In this document: piece after piece, positions 41,506 to 52,505 of the stretch
Numbering within the stretch: position 1 is the first letter of the stretch
How the letters are laid out: each line of letters starts with the position of its first letter
Origin: Promethearchaeota archaeon
GTDB lineage: Archaea; Asgardarchaeota; Lokiarchaeia; Sigyniarchaeales; SOKP01
Length of the DNA: 64,000 nucleotides
Reading direction: 5' to 3'
Assembly: GCA_030599585.1 (NCBI GenBank)
Contig: JAUVNS010000007.1
Location: forward strand, 192,001-256,000
The notes under the pieces: model-generated
The model's database searches: none
What the model was told of the DNA's origin: nothing
Seen by the model: the letters and a program-made list of their open reading frames with translations, nothing else
Made by a program: the position numbers and the translations under genes

Positions 41506-41810
41506 TCGATAATTTTTTTTAAATTTAAATCTCTTTTTTATTTTTATTTTGTATATTTTTATTATTGCCTTTAGTTTGTGCTTTTCAATCGTGGTAATTT
41601 TAGGATTAATCTACTACAACATTCGTGAAAAGAAAAGATCGTAATCTTATGATTCACAACCAGATATGTGAATGATAATTCATTTCAAAATAGTAATTAG
41701 GAAATGCTTATTAATAAGAACAAACTAATTCTTATTCGTTAAATTTACAATTTTTACGAAAAAAGTTTAACTACAAGCGAGAAAATAGATTCATCTTAAA
41801 ATGTGATAAT

Positions 41811-42611
41811 ATGGCAGATATCTATATTATACGAGGTGGTTTCTTCGGGTGGGAATTTACGATTAAACTCCTCTATGTTATTTTTGGACTTATTCTTTGT
41901 ATTTATGATTGGAAGAAGAATAAAAGAAAGGATTATTTCTGGGTATTACTATTTGGGACAATGTTGTACATTGGATCTGAAATAATGTTATTTTTATTTG
42001 GAGGGCGCGTTATGCAAGAAAAATTTTTATTCGGGATAAATATCACTTCAATGCACTGGCTAACAATTCCCTTAATGGCTGTGGGAGATGTCGTAGTAGT
42101 AGCGGTTATCACTCTATTTTTCGCCGATAGATTAAGAAATCGCGAAACACGCAAAAAGTGGGGTATCATTTTCATATTATGGATAGTTTGTAGAGATGTA
42201 ATACCCTATGTAATTCTATTTGGTTTGGGTCATAGCTTTGCCACGATTTCTATTGGGGACCCTCTTATTCCATCCAGAAGAAATATGACAGAAACGGGTA
42301 CCATAATTGCCTTATCAACTCTAGTAGTGATAGGACTAATTTGGCTCTTCAGAACGGATAAGAAATCAAGAAAGCGAGGATTATATATGATTGGAGTAAC
42401 AATCATTTATATGGCTGCATGGACAATTGGAGAATGGTTCGCAGGTCAAAGATGGATCGAATTTGGACCAGAAGGTGGTCCTTGGGAACTCGCTACTCCT
42501 CTTCTACAATTTGGGATGTTGATGTATGATATCGTAATTGAAATGGGGCTTTTTACACTATGTTTTCTTGCGATTCCCTCTCTTTTAAAATTAATAAAGA
42601 AACAAGATTAA
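41811..42611 (+). CDS. Integral membrane protein, hypothetical
   Basis: About 7 hydrophobic helices. Confidence 0.75.
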   Translation: MADIYIIRGGFFGWEFTIKLLYVIFGLILCIYDWKKNKRKDYFWVLLFGTMLYIGSEIMLFLFGGRVMQEKFLFGINITSMHWLTIPLMAVGDVVVVAVITLFFADRLRNRETRKKWGIIFILWIVCRDVIPYVILFGLGHSFATISIGDPLIPSRRNMTETGTIIALSTLVVIGLIWLFRTDKKSRKRGLYMIGVTIIYMAAWTIGEWFAGQRWIEFGPEGGPWELATPLLQFGMLMYDIVIEMGLFTLCFLAIPSLLKLIKKQD

Positions 42612-42651
42612 CTTTACATAAAATTATAAAATTTTTATAGAGGAATAAAAA

Positions 42652-43890
42652 ATGAAAAAACGATTGTATTCACTTGATATTTTCCGCGGACTTGCTATTA
42701 TGATGGTAGTGATCTTTCATAGATTCATGTACGATTGGCCAGGTTCAGATTTTTTCTTTACGAATCCAGCGGGATTTCTTGAAATTCCATGGTTCACTGC
42801 GATAATGTTTTTTGCAGGAATGGGTGGCATATTTTCAATAATTAGTGGTGTAGTTACAGGGTATTCAACTCATAATAGAATAACTTCTGGGAAGGGCAAT
42901 AAAAAAATGATATTCTATGCAGGGCTTTTCTCTTTTTTATGGTTAATTGTGGTAGACTACATACGGAAATTTCTTTTCAGCACAAAGAGTTATTTTGAAG
43001 GTGATTTTTTATTTGGACTAGTAACAGGGACACTTCTTGAAGGCACCCTAGTTGTTCCACAATTAGAATTACTATATTATACCAGCACATTGGCCATAAT
43101 TGGTCTTTCTGGATTCATAGTTCCGGCATTAATGATTTTATTATCTCGAAAAGGTGGGATTGAAAAAGTTCGTCGCACTAAGTTTATTTTTGGAACTCTC
43201 GCCGCAGTTATTCTCGTTGCAACACCATTCTTATCAATTATACTCGATCCAATTGTGGTGGACTTATTTGTTAGTGGTAATTATTTATTAGGCTTCTTAC
43301 TCGCACTACTTGTTTCACCTTATTTCCCTATTTTCCCAATCGTTGCTTATGCTTTACTCGGTGGAATAATAGGAATTTCTTTAGCTAGGGACGAGAAAAA
43401 GCGTAATATTACGATTATATGGTTAGTATTTGGATTTGCTCTGTTAAGTATTGGAAATTACATCCTGTTATCGGCTCTCATTCGCTTCAGTTTTTATAAC
43501 TATAATTTCGTGAGATTTATGCAATTAGGAGTCTATATCATGATTATTATCGTTTTGCTTCGGTTGGTAGACCTTAGATCAGAAGAAAAGCAAGAGAAGA
43601 TCGCAAAAAAATTCAGCCCCGTTATAATGTTCGGAAGAGTATCTCTAACGATCTTCGTTTTTGAAGCGTTCTTAGCTACTATATTTCATGTGATTCTGAA
43701 CCTGATTATTCCCGGATGGAACACTGAGCCTCTTGTTGTACTTATATTTGGCATCTTTAACTTAGCCGTATGGTGGATAATATTACACTTTTGGCAGAAG
43801 AAAGATTTTAAAGGTTCTATCGAATGGATGGGGGGTTATATTATTAGGAAACTCTCCAGTTTCGGTAGAAAGGAAGAAGAAGATAGGTAA
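42652..43890 (+). CDS. Membrane acyltransferase-like protein (HGSNAT/DUF418-like)
   Basis: RLYSLDIFRGLAIMMVVIFH, GRVSLTIFV, KGSIEW. Confidence 0.8.
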   Translation: MKKRLYSLDIFRGLAIMMVVIFHRFMYDWPGSDFFFTNPAGFLEIPWFTAIMFFAGMGGIFSIISGVVTGYSTHNRITSGKGNKKMIFYAGLFSFLWLIVVDYIRKFLFSTKSYFEGDFLFGLVTGTLLEGTLVVPQLELLYYTSTLAIIGLSGFIVPALMILLSRKGGIEKVRRTKFIFGTLAAVILVATPFLSIILDPIVVDLFVSGNYLLGFLLALLVSPYFPIFPIVAYALLGGIIGISLARDEKKRNITIIWLVFGFALLSIGNYILLSALIRFSFYNYNFVRFMQLGVYIMIIIVLLRLVDLRSEEKQEKIAKKFSPVIMFGRVSLTIFVFEAFLATIFHVILNLIIPGWNTEPLVVLIFGIFNLAVWWIILHFWQKKDFKGSIEWMGGYIIRKLSSFGRKEEEDR

Positions 43891-43953
43891 TTCCATAAAT
43901 CAATATTTTTTTTTTACGATTTAAATTAATTTATCAATAATTGAGGAAACAAT

Positions 43954-44172
43954 ATGGTAAATGTAAAAAGATGGGAAGATGGCGATAACTGGGTAGAAGT
44001 TGATCTGGATCGCTGCGTAGGAGCATCGAATTGTGTCAGCGTTTGCCCTGCAGAGGTATATAGCCTTGTAAACGGCAAAGTTGTTGCCGAAGATATTATT
44101 GATTGTATTGAATGCCTAGCTTGCCAAGATGCATGCCCTACTAATGCAATACTAAAACATTTTGCGTGGTAA
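43954..44172 (+). CDS. Ferredoxin (probably 7Fe: 3Fe-4S + 4Fe-4S)
   Basis: CVGASNCVSVCP and CIECLACQDACP. Confidence 0.9.
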   Translation: MVNVKRWEDGDNWVEVDLDRCVGASNCVSVCPAEVYSLVNGKVVAEDIIDCIECLACQDACPTNAILKHFAW

Positions 44173-44264
44173 TGGATATTTGAACTCATTTTTTACGATT
44201 ATCTGATAAAATCTTCTCAGAAAATAACAATAATAAAAAAAAAACAAGAAAAGAAGATGTAAAT

Positions 44265-44765
44265 TTATAATTTTGTTCCGCAATACGAGCAAAATACTGC
44301 CGATTCTTTAACCTTGGCAGTTCCACAATTAGGACAATAAACTACTTTCCCTTCTGAAACTTCTCCTTGGGATTTTTTAATAATTTCTGCGTGCTTCAAC
44401 TGTCCTGTCGTGGAAGAAAATTTGCCGCGCAATGAACCGTCTCCTTTTAAATCTAATACTATAGCTTGTACGTCTCTTACGGTAATTCCCGTGTTTTGAC
44501 TAATTTTTTCGATGGTTGCTTCCGGATGTTCTTCATATTCGTATAAAACTGCGTTTCTTAACTTACTTTTATTCGCCAACGCTGCGATCTGTCCTATTAT
44601 TATTGCTGCCGCAATACCAAGCCAAACAAACCCCCACCAATTTATCCCAGAGCCAACCCAGATGGGTACAAATATGTCGTTTACTCCCAAATAAATTAAA
44701 ATACCTGCTATAATAAAAGAGCAAATGCTAACTCCTTCAGAATATTGATTTCTTTTATATTTCAT
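44265..44765 (-). CDS. 2-TM protein with winged-helix-like and zinc-ribbon domains
   Basis: Two TMs, TIEKISQNTGI..VQAIVLDL..G.LRGKF, CPNCG..FCSYCG. Confidence 0.75.
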   Translation of the reverse strand: MKYKRNQYSEGVSICSFIIAGILIYLGVNDIFVPIWVGSGINWWGFVWLGIAAAIIIGQIAALANKSKLRNAVLYEYEEHPEATIEKISQNTGITVRDVQAIVLDLKGDGSLRGKFSSTTGQLKHAEIIKKSQGEVSEGKVVYCPNCGTAKVKESAVFCSYCGTKL

Positions 44766-44994
44766 CCTTTTCTCACTCTAAATGTTGTCAATTCAAGTGT
44801 TAGGGTATATTAGAATTTCACTCAATTTAAATGTATACGCAATTATTACATCGAAACTACTTGTAAGGCTTGTTCTGAATGATTATTCCCTAAAGGTAAA
44901 AGAGAAATCTTCAGGAAATATCAAAAGAAGATATGGTATTACTTTAATTTTAGATTATTAGAGAGCTTCCCTATAGTTTTGCCTGCTATTTAAA

Positions 44995-46173
44995 TCAGTT
45001 TAAAATATTAATTTCAATCTGATCCAAAATTTCCATTAAATCCAATACTTGGAAATCGAAATTATAGTGTGCCGTAGCGTCAGCTAAATTTGTCTTACAA
45101 AAAGGACAAGTTGATGTTATAATTGTTGCTCCAGTTTCTTGTGCTTCTTCTAAGCGCTCTTTAGAAATCTCTATCGCCCAATCAGGATATCCAATTTTCA
45201 CTCCGCCCCCTGCACCACAACACCACGCAAAATTTCGATTTCTTTTCATTTCTACTAAATTTAATCCGGGTATCTGCTTGTAAATCTCTCTTGGTAACTC
45301 ATAAACCCCCATATGCCGTCCAAGATGGCACGGATCGTGGTAGGTAACGGTTTTATTATATTCCGATTTAAATTCTATCTTTTTCTCGTCTAAGAGGTTC
45401 TTCACTAATTCGAGCGAATGATAGATTTCAAATTCTAAACCGTTTCCAAACCTCTCGAAATCTTTCGATAGAGTCTTATAACATCCTGCGCATGAGGTGA
45501 TTACTTTAGTCGCACCAGTTTTTTTTATTTGATCGATGTTATATTTCATATATTCATCAACAATGCTCAATTGGCCTGTTCTAATCATAGGACTTGTACA
45601 GCAATGTTCGTCGATTAATGTAAAATCAATACCCGCTTTTTTCAAAAACCTCAGAGTAGAATCTCTTAGGCTGGTTTGCCTGTAATTTGAAGTACATCCT
45701 ATAAAATAGACCCACTCGGCTTTATCCGGTAGGTCGTACTCTTTTTTCAATTCTGCATTATCTGAATTTGGATCACCATAAGGGTTACAACTGTCCTCGC
45801 ATCGGGTAACTAAGAATTTTTGGTTTTCTGCAGGCCCAATGTTTTTTACAGCTAATTCTCTCAGTGCTTCTATCATTTCAACAATATAATCGGCGTGAGG
45901 TGCTTGGCAAGAGTCCATACACGCGCCACAAGTTGTACACGCAAAAATTGGATCTATCAAATCCTTCGTCCATTCCAAATCGCCGTTTAGAACACCTCGT
46001 ATTATTCTGATCCGACCTGATGCCCAATACGATTCGAATAGGAATTTTTCTCCACTTGGGCAAATCTTCTCGAAGTCCTTGTAGCTATACTTACAAGTAC
46101 TACACTTGATACAGCGATCAAATGCCATTTCCAAAACTTCTTTTCCAATTAAACTCTCATCAATTTCAACCAT
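44995..46173 (-). CDS. HdrD/GlpC-like Fe-S oxidoreductase with CCG domains
   Basis: CIKCSTC, CTTCGACMDSC, EHCC, CAGC, YHDPCHLGR, CCGAGGG, CPFC. Confidence 0.92.
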   Translation of the reverse strand: MVEIDESLIGKEVLEMAFDRCIKCSTCKYSYKDFEKICPSGEKFLFESYWASGRIRIIRGVLNGDLEWTKDLIDPIFACTTCGACMDSCQAPHADYIVEMIEALRELAVKNIGPAENQKFLVTRCEDSCNPYGDPNSDNAELKKEYDLPDKAEWVYFIGCTSNYRQTSLRDSTLRFLKKAGIDFTLIDEHCCTSPMIRTGQLSIVDEYMKYNIDQIKKTGATKVITSCAGCYKTLSKDFERFGNGLEFEIYHSLELVKNLLDEKKIEFKSEYNKTVTYHDPCHLGRHMGVYELPREIYKQIPGLNLVEMKRNRNFAWCCGAGGGVKIGYPDWAIEISKERLEEAQETGATIITSTCPFCKTNLADATAHYNFDFQVLDLMEILDQIEINILN

Positions 46174-47649
46174 TTATGTGTTCCACCTTCCTGGATTAAA
46201 TATATTATTAGGATCCATACAATGTTTTATCTTTTCAAAAAGACTAATCCATCCGGGATTGATTTTCTTACGCAATTTGGCAGTCAACCATGATGGAGTT
46301 TTATAAGGTATACACCCTAAGTCTATACAAACATCAGCAATTTCTTCTAATAACTTTACGATTTTGTCTTGATCAGTAAATTTTTTGAACCGAAATATAG
46401 GTCTAAATATACCATAATGACCTCCTTTCATAATCTTAAGATAATTAAATGGGGGTACCCCATGCTTATGATATAACGCATCTGTTTTCTCAATTAATTC
46501 TTCAAATTTATGAGAGGGCGCATAGGCGCCAAACCATGTCAAGCCACTGTATTCGTGGAGGGAAAGAATCTGTGATGGTAAGTTGTAAATATTGAGAGCT
46601 TTTAGACCAAAAAGCTTAGCAAACTCGCTATAATTAATTAAATGAATATTTGTTCCTCCTTTATTCAATTTTTCAACTATATCGTTAAGAATTTCTAATT
46701 TAGCATTCATTTGGTTTTCAGTTTTAGCGGACATCGGGATTACAGCAGTGTAATAAGGTTCTCCAGGATATCTTACTGGTTCTGGTATCCCAACCTCCAT
46801 TTTAGCAACTTCTACTGAAAATGCAGCAACATCGTTGACAATATCTGCTCTTCCGACTTCTCTCAAAAATGGTCCTAAATCAGTTAACCCAAAAAAGACA
46901 ACGAGCTGTGGTTTTTCAATAGGTTCTTTTGGCCACAATTGAACGGCGCATTTGGTTACCAAGCCGGTCATGCCTTGGAAATTTACAAATAATCCCATAA
47001 GGTCAGGCATCGGGTATCTACTCCACCAAGAATCATCATCTGCTTTATCATTCCCGTAGAAGCATGATCCAATTCGAGTTACAGTTCCATCAACGGTTAT
47101 AACCTCAAGACCATTTATAGAATCTGCCATTGAGCCAATTTTTGCACCCAAGTTTGTCATACCGCTTAATAAAGCGTTTCCAACTACGCCTGAGTAAGGG
47201 GGTGCGTTTGGGAAACTGTATCTTAGACTTGGGAAATTCTCATCTAAGTGTTTTTTAAGTTGACCAAAGGTAACACCGGGTTCTAAGAGTGCGTACATCA
47301 TGTTATCATCTACATGTAAAATTCTATTCATCCTTTTTCCAAAATCTACAACAATACCTCCATAATCAGGGATTGTGAGCCCTCCTACATTGTTTCCCGT
47401 GGTATATGGAACTATTGGAATCGAATATTCGTTACAAAACTTAACAAGTTCCACTAACTGCTCTTTATTTTCAGGAATAACCACAAAATCGGGCATGTGG
47501 GGTTTGTTCTCTGTCATGTCTTGAGAATACGGATACAAGTCAACATCTTTTTTAGTAACATAAGTGCCACCAAAAATCTCGATCAATTTAGAATAAACAC
47601 TATCTTTTGAAATCTTTTCAAATACATTTCTCTGTTTTGTTGCTGTCAT
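46174..47649 (-). CDS. FAD-binding oxidoreductase (GlcD/VAO-PCMH family), paralog 1
   Basis: PDFVVIP, GNNVGG, EPGVTF, GLEVITVDG, GMTGLVTK, DPNNIFNPG. Confidence 0.9.
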   Translation of the reverse strand: MTATKQRNVFEKISKDSVYSKLIEIFGGTYVTKKDVDLYPYSQDMTENKPHMPDFVVIPENKEQLVELVKFCNEYSIPIVPYTTGNNVGGLTIPDYGGIVVDFGKRMNRILHVDDNMMYALLEPGVTFGQLKKHLDENFPSLRYSFPNAPPYSGVVGNALLSGMTNLGAKIGSMADSINGLEVITVDGTVTRIGSCFYGNDKADDDSWWSRYPMPDLMGLFVNFQGMTGLVTKCAVQLWPKEPIEKPQLVVFFGLTDLGPFLREVGRADIVNDVAAFSVEVAKMEVGIPEPVRYPGEPYYTAVIPMSAKTENQMNAKLEILNDIVEKLNKGGTNIHLINYSEFAKLFGLKALNIYNLPSQILSLHEYSGLTWFGAYAPSHKFEELIEKTDALYHKHGVPPFNYLKIMKGGHYGIFRPIFRFKKFTDQDKIVKLLEEIADVCIDLGCIPYKTPSWLTAKLRKKINPGWISLFEKIKHCMDPNNIFNPGRWNT

Positions 47650-47659
47650 TAGAGTAATA

Positions 47660-48088
47660 TCACCTAGTATCCTTATTTACTTCATAATAATTCACATTTG
47701 GGTCTTGCGCGATCATCTGCATAGAGACAACAAAAATATTATAAAACCGCATTATTTTTCCGCTGTCTTCGCCTAAACCTTCAATTTCCATTTTCCCTTC
47801 TTCTATTGCAAAAAAAGGATTTAATCTATCGTTAGCGATCTCTAGCATGGTGTTGATATGGATTTTAACCTTCATGTCTGGTTCCGGATATTCTTTTCTT
47901 TCAAACCTTATATCGTTGCCGTCGAAGACTACTGTCACGGGATAGAATGGCTCGATGTGAAGCACGATTTTTGCATTCCAATCTTTCGCATGTTTTATGA
48001 ATTTCCTATCGTCCTTCCTTGAATTGAAAACATTATATAACGATAAGGATATTAAATCGTCCGGGAATTCTATATTAAGCATGTTCAT
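47660..48088 (-). CDS. SCP2 sterol-binding-domain-like protein, paralog 1
   Basis: PDMKVKI..LNPFFAIEEGKMEIEG. Confidence 0.75.
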   Translation of the reverse strand: MNMLNIEFPDDLISLSLYNVFNSRKDDRKFIKHAKDWNAKIVLHIEPFYPVTVVFDGNDIRFERKEYPEPDMKVKIHINTMLEIANDRLNPFFAIEEGKMEIEGLGEDSGKIMRFYNIFVVSMQMIAQDPNVNYYEVNKDTR

Positions 48089-48180
48089 TCTCTCTTATTT
48101 GTTTATTCAAATCAAATCAATTATTCTTTCAATTTATTAAAGAAAATAAAAATATAGTTATTTTTAGTTTATACTTGGTC

Positions 48181-49212
48181 TTATTTTAACATGGAATTAT
48201 TCCTTCTGATAACTGTTTCAGCTTGTTTCATTATTCTTTCAATAATATCATTAACATCGTCTACACTATCAATAATTCCTATTGATTGACCAAGTAGAAC
48301 AGCTCCGGTTTCAATATCTCCTTTATATACCCTGTCATAGGCACCCATATCTTTTGCTCTTTGTTCTGGAGATATAGAGTTTTCGTACGCTATCATTTCT
48401 TCTTTACTGCTAGGCGCTGGATGCGATAATGCATACTTGTTTTTGTATAAACGAATAGGACCAAAGGATCCTGTAAAAAGCCCAGTATCTTGTGGATTTC
48501 CCGGGGGAATTAATGCTTTATAATCCGCGTGAAACTCACTCTGTTTGGAAGCTATAAATCTTGAACCCATTGCTACGGCTCCTGCACCTAGTGAAAGACC
48601 AGCAGCTAAAGCTTCTCCACTAGCAAAACCCCCACAAGCAATTTTTGGTAAATCAGGGAATTTATTATTAATTTGTTGAAGCAGAACAAGAGTGCTGACT
48701 CTCTCATATGATTGGTGCCCTCCACCTTCAGTACCAGTCACCACTATTCCATCTACTCCTGCATTTATACACTTTTGAGCCAACCATACAGCTGGAGCTA
48801 CGTGAAAGTGTTTAACTTCTGAGTTCTCCCTTAATTCTACAAAACTTTTCGATTCTGCGAGAGTTTTTGAAGAACCTGCAGATGTTAACCAATATTTACA
48901 TTGATCTCGCATTCTAACGTTATTTTTTACTATCCTTGGTAATGATCTGACCATTTGTCTCACTCCAGGATTGTTCCGAGATGTAAGAATATTTAGACCG
49001 AACGGTTTATCGGTGTGTTCAATCATATATTCAATGCTTTTCTTATGTTCTTCAACAGGATTTGTGCCAACAATATTAACATTTGATAACACTCCTAATC
49101 CCCCAGCTTCACTGACAGCTAGAGCTAAATCACGGGTAAAAAAGGGACCCATTGGAGCGCTAAAAATAGGATGTTTAATCCCAAACATTTTTGTTATATT
49201 TGTTTCTATCAT
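48181..49212 (-). CDS. Nitronate monooxygenase/FabK-like enoyl reductase
   Basis: GIKHPIFSAPMG, AVSEAGGLG, TDKPFGLN, GTEGGGH, ACGGF, MGSRF, GQSIG. Confidence 0.9.
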   Translation of the reverse strand: MIETNITKMFGIKHPIFSAPMGPFFTRDLALAVSEAGGLGVLSNVNIVGTNPVEEHKKSIEYMIEHTDKPFGLNILTSRNNPGVRQMVRSLPRIVKNNVRMRDQCKYWLTSAGSSKTLAESKSFVELRENSEVKHFHVAPAVWLAQKCINAGVDGIVVTGTEGGGHQSYERVSTLVLLQQINNKFPDLPKIACGGFASGEALAAGLSLGAGAVAMGSRFIASKQSEFHADYKALIPPGNPQDTGLFTGSFGPIRLYKNKYALSHPAPSSKEEMIAYENSISPEQRAKDMGAYDRVYKGDIETGAVLLGQSIGIIDSVDDVNDIIERIMKQAETVIRRNNSMLK

Positions 49213-49273
49213 TTAATATATCACCTTTATTTGAATAAATTAACAGAATTATTAAAAATTCTTAATTAATACT

Positions 49274-50749
49274 TCATGTGTTCCATCTTCCGGGATTAAA
49301 TATGTTATTTGGATCAATGCAACTTTTAATTTTATCGAATAATTTTAGCCAGCCTGGATTTATTACTTTACGCATTTTTTCCGTCATCCAAGCAGGTGTC
49401 TTATAAGGAATACAGCCCTCAGCGATGCACAGTTCCGCAATTTCGTTTAGTAAGTTATGAATTTTTTCCTCATCTTTATATTTATTATATCTAAGGATAG
49501 GGCGAAAAATTCCGTAATGAGCATGCTTCATAATTTTCATGTAAATAAATGGGGGAACCTTGTATTTTATAAACAGATCATTCACTTTAGGTATTAAAAG
49601 TTCGAGTTTATGAGTTGGAGCATAGGATCCAAACCATGTTAACCCAGAATATTCTACTAATGATAAAATTACTGCTGGTAGATCTAAATGACATCTTACT
49701 CTTAAACTGAATAATTTTGTAAACTCATCAGCATCAACTAAAAGAATTTTTATACCTTTTTTCTTCAAATTTTCTATAGTTAACTTCAAATATTCCTCTT
49801 TAGCTCTGAGAAGGCTTTCTGTTTTACCCGAAATTGAAAAAAGGCATGCAAAATCGGGTTCTCCGGCTATTTTTACCGGTTCTGGAAGTTCTACAGCCAT
49901 TTTTACAACTTCTATGCTTACTGCTGAAATATCATCTACAATTTCAGTTCTTCCAACTTCTCTTATGACCGGTCCGATATCAGGTAAGCCAAAAACAATT
50001 CCAAGATAGGTTTTTTTAAAAGGGGGGTTTGGCCATAATTGCACGGCGCATTTGGTTACTAAGCCGGTCATTCCTTGCCAATTGATAAATAAACCCATTA
50101 AATCTGGCATTGGATACCTACTCCACCAAGAATCATCATCTGCGGTATCTTTACCATAAAAGCAAGAACCAATCCGAATAAGTTCACCATCAGCGGTTAT
50201 GACTTCCAGTCCATTGATAGAATCCCCCATAGAACCAAGTTTGCACGAGAGATTGTTCATACCACTCAAAATTACATTTCCAACCACTCCTGCGTAGGGT
50301 GGAGCGAAGGGGTAACTATATCTTAGATGTGGATAATTGTCGTCTAGGTGTTTTTTTAATTCTCCGAAAGTAACTCCTGGTTCCAGAAGAGCGTACATCA
50401 TATTATCATTGATATGGAGAATTTTGTTCATTTTCTTCCCAAAATCGACGACAATACCACCCTGTTCTGGGATTGTTAAACCACCAACATTATTCCCAGA
50501 TATGTAAGGTACAATTGGTATTGAATTTTGGTCACAAAATTTCACCAGTTCGATTAATTGACCTGAATTTTCAGGAATAACTACGAAATCAGGCATATGA
50601 GGTTCACACTCTGTCATATCGTATGAGTATGGATATAAATCGGCAGGTTTATCTGTTACATTCTTAATTCCAAATATATCCTCTAATTTTTTAAACACGG
50701 TCTCCTTACTTATTTTCTCGTACAAATTTCTTTCCTTTGTTTCAGTCAT
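49274..50749 (-). CDS. FAD-binding oxidoreductase (GlcD/VAO-PCMH family), paralog 2
   Basis: Same motifs and length (491 aa) as 46174-47649. Confidence 0.9.
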   Translation of the reverse strand: MTETKERNLYEKISKETVFKKLEDIFGIKNVTDKPADLYPYSYDMTECEPHMPDFVVIPENSGQLIELVKFCDQNSIPIVPYISGNNVGGLTIPEQGGIVVDFGKKMNKILHINDNMMYALLEPGVTFGELKKHLDDNYPHLRYSYPFAPPYAGVVGNVILSGMNNLSCKLGSMGDSINGLEVITADGELIRIGSCFYGKDTADDDSWWSRYPMPDLMGLFINWQGMTGLVTKCAVQLWPNPPFKKTYLGIVFGLPDIGPVIREVGRTEIVDDISAVSIEVVKMAVELPEPVKIAGEPDFACLFSISGKTESLLRAKEEYLKLTIENLKKKGIKILLVDADEFTKLFSLRVRCHLDLPAVILSLVEYSGLTWFGSYAPTHKLELLIPKVNDLFIKYKVPPFIYMKIMKHAHYGIFRPILRYNKYKDEEKIHNLLNEIAELCIAEGCIPYKTPAWMTEKMRKVINPGWLKLFDKIKSCIDPNNIFNPGRWNT

Positions 50750-50767
50750 ATGTTTTTTTTCACCTTC

Positions 50768-51190
50768 TTACCTGGTTTCTTTATTTATTTCGTAATAGTT
50801 GTTGTTAGGGTCTGAAGCGACCATTTGCATGCTTTTCAGAAAAATGTTCATAAATTTTAATAGAATTCTAAATTTCAGCAATCCCTTAATTCTTATTTTA
50901 CGTTGAAAAACGGCTTTTACAGGGCTTGTCCTTCCATAAGCTAAATCTAAAAGTGTTATGATGTTCATTTTAACTTTTAGATCTACTTTTTTATCGATAT
51001 CGTTTACTTTAAAGTTAATTTCGTTGCGATGAAATATAATTTCAAGTGGATAGAAATCTTCGATATCAATCAGTATCTTCTTGTTCCAATCTACAACAAG
51101 TTTTTGAAATTCGGGCTCGTCTTTCCTATAGTTTAAGATGGTGCTTATGGAAATTGAGAGCAAATCCTCCCCTTTTTGAATTGAAATCAC
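50768..51190 (-). CDS. SCP2 sterol-binding-domain-like protein, paralog 2
   Basis: VDLKVKM..GRTSPVKAVFQRKIRIKG; shares the SMQM.A.DPN.NYYE.NK.TR tail with 47660-48088. Confidence 0.75.
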   Translation of the reverse strand: MISIQKGEDLLSISISTILNYRKDEPEFQKLVVDWNKKILIDIEDFYPLEIIFHRNEINFKVNDIDKKVDLKVKMNIITLLDLAYGRTSPVKAVFQRKIRIKGLLKFRILLKFMNIFLKSMQMVASDPNNNYYEINKETR

Positions 51191-51545
51191 ATATATAACC
51201 TAAATTTTATTTTTTTGATATATAGGTGACTGTTTATTTTCAAAATTTAAATATTCTTTTTTTAATCAAAAATTTAGGAAAAAGCTTACAAAAGAATTAG
51301 GGTATGTCTATTTATCTAAATATACAAATTTCTTTCTATTGGTCGTCTTCGTGCTTATTCCAATTGTATTATTATTCTAATAAGGATTATAACATCCCCT
51401 AGTAAATTAATTTCCACTCGTCTTCATGATTAGTAACTCCTGAATCCAATAAATCTATTGATTTACGAATATAAAAATCTTCTCTGTATCGTTAGTACTA
51501 ATTTAAAAAATAATTGACTGAATTTAGATAAATATATGTTATAGC

Positions 51546-52505
51546 TCAAACCATAAGATTAAAAAGCAAAAAGTAGGAACTTAAATAGAGCATAATGAAG
51601 AAAACTCCTGCTTTTTTGTCTATTTTCTGTCTTACTGCGACGGTAATAATAACGATAATACTAACGATAAGCGTATATAACACTGTTGGAACTGCTAATT
51701 CTGCTGTGACAGCTTGGGGGAAGAAGACCTGACCGATACCAATAGATAATGTAGAATCAACAATACAGGAACCAACGATATCCCCAATGGCAATACCATG
51801 GTGACCAGCTCGGAGAGCGTGAATATCAACTACGAGTTCTGGGAGGGATGTGCCGATTGCAAGAACGAAGAAACTTATAATATATTCGTGAACTTCTATA
51901 TAAGTTGATATGAAAATTACCGATTGTACAATAGCATATGCACTAATAGTCACACCACCAAAACCGATTATAGCAATTAGAAGATGGTATCTTTTTTTCC
52001 TAGTGGGTTGCTTTATTTCTAGATGCTCTATTCTATGTTGTATACTGTCTTTATTCGTGCTGTAAATCAACCAAATATAAATAAATAGACTGAAAACCAT
52101 GAAAATTGCATTAAGGCGTGTGATATATCCTTTCTCCACAATTGAAAATATGACAATAAGGGATAATACTTCACAAGAACCCAGAATTATTATGTCTCTT
52201 CTATTTATATGAAATGCGCCGCAAACAATTGGCAAGAGTCCGAAGACCAAAGTGAGTTGGGTAAGATCTGAGCCTACAGAATCTCCTACATCAATGTCTC
52301 CGTGACCTAAAGAACAAGAGATAATCGAATTAAATATTTCAGAAATATCCGTACCTATGGATACTAAAGTTACTCCAATTATTAATGGGGATATTCCTAA
52401 AGCTGTGGCGAGTAGTGCTGAGTGTTTGACAGCATATTTACTTGAAAAGATTACTAGTGCAATGCCCCCGATAAGAATGAAAACTGCTAAGACTAAATCG
52501 ATCAT
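51546..52505 (-). CDS. Ca2+/Na+ antiporter (CaCA/YrbG family)
   Basis: Alpha repeats VSIGTDISE..GDSVGS and LAIGTSLPE..GDIVGS. Confidence 0.9.
   Translation of the reverse strand: MIDLVLAVFILIGGIALVIFSSKYAVKHSALLATALGISPLIIGVTLVSIGTDISEIFNSIISCSLGHGDIDVGDSVGSDLTQLTLVFGLLPIVCGAFHINRRDIIILGSCEVLSLIVIFSIVEKGYITRLNAIFMVFSLFIYIWLIYSTNKDSIQHRIEHLEIKQPTRKKRYHLLIAIIGFGGVTISAYAIVQSVIFISTYIEVHEYIISFFVLAIGTSLPELVVDIHALRAGHHGIAIGDIVGSCIVDSTLSIGIGQVFFPQAVTAELAVPTVLYTLIVSIIVIITVAVRQKIDKKAGVFFIMLYLSSYFLLFNLMV

Noticed and set aside
7263-52505. Sec readthrough at other TGA stops (genes at 7263-7568, 32847-33362, 44995-46173, 47660-48088, 49274-50749, 51546-52505)
   Set aside because: The proteins look complete, paralogs (where present) end at the same residue with TAA, and no SECIS-like hairpin was noticed
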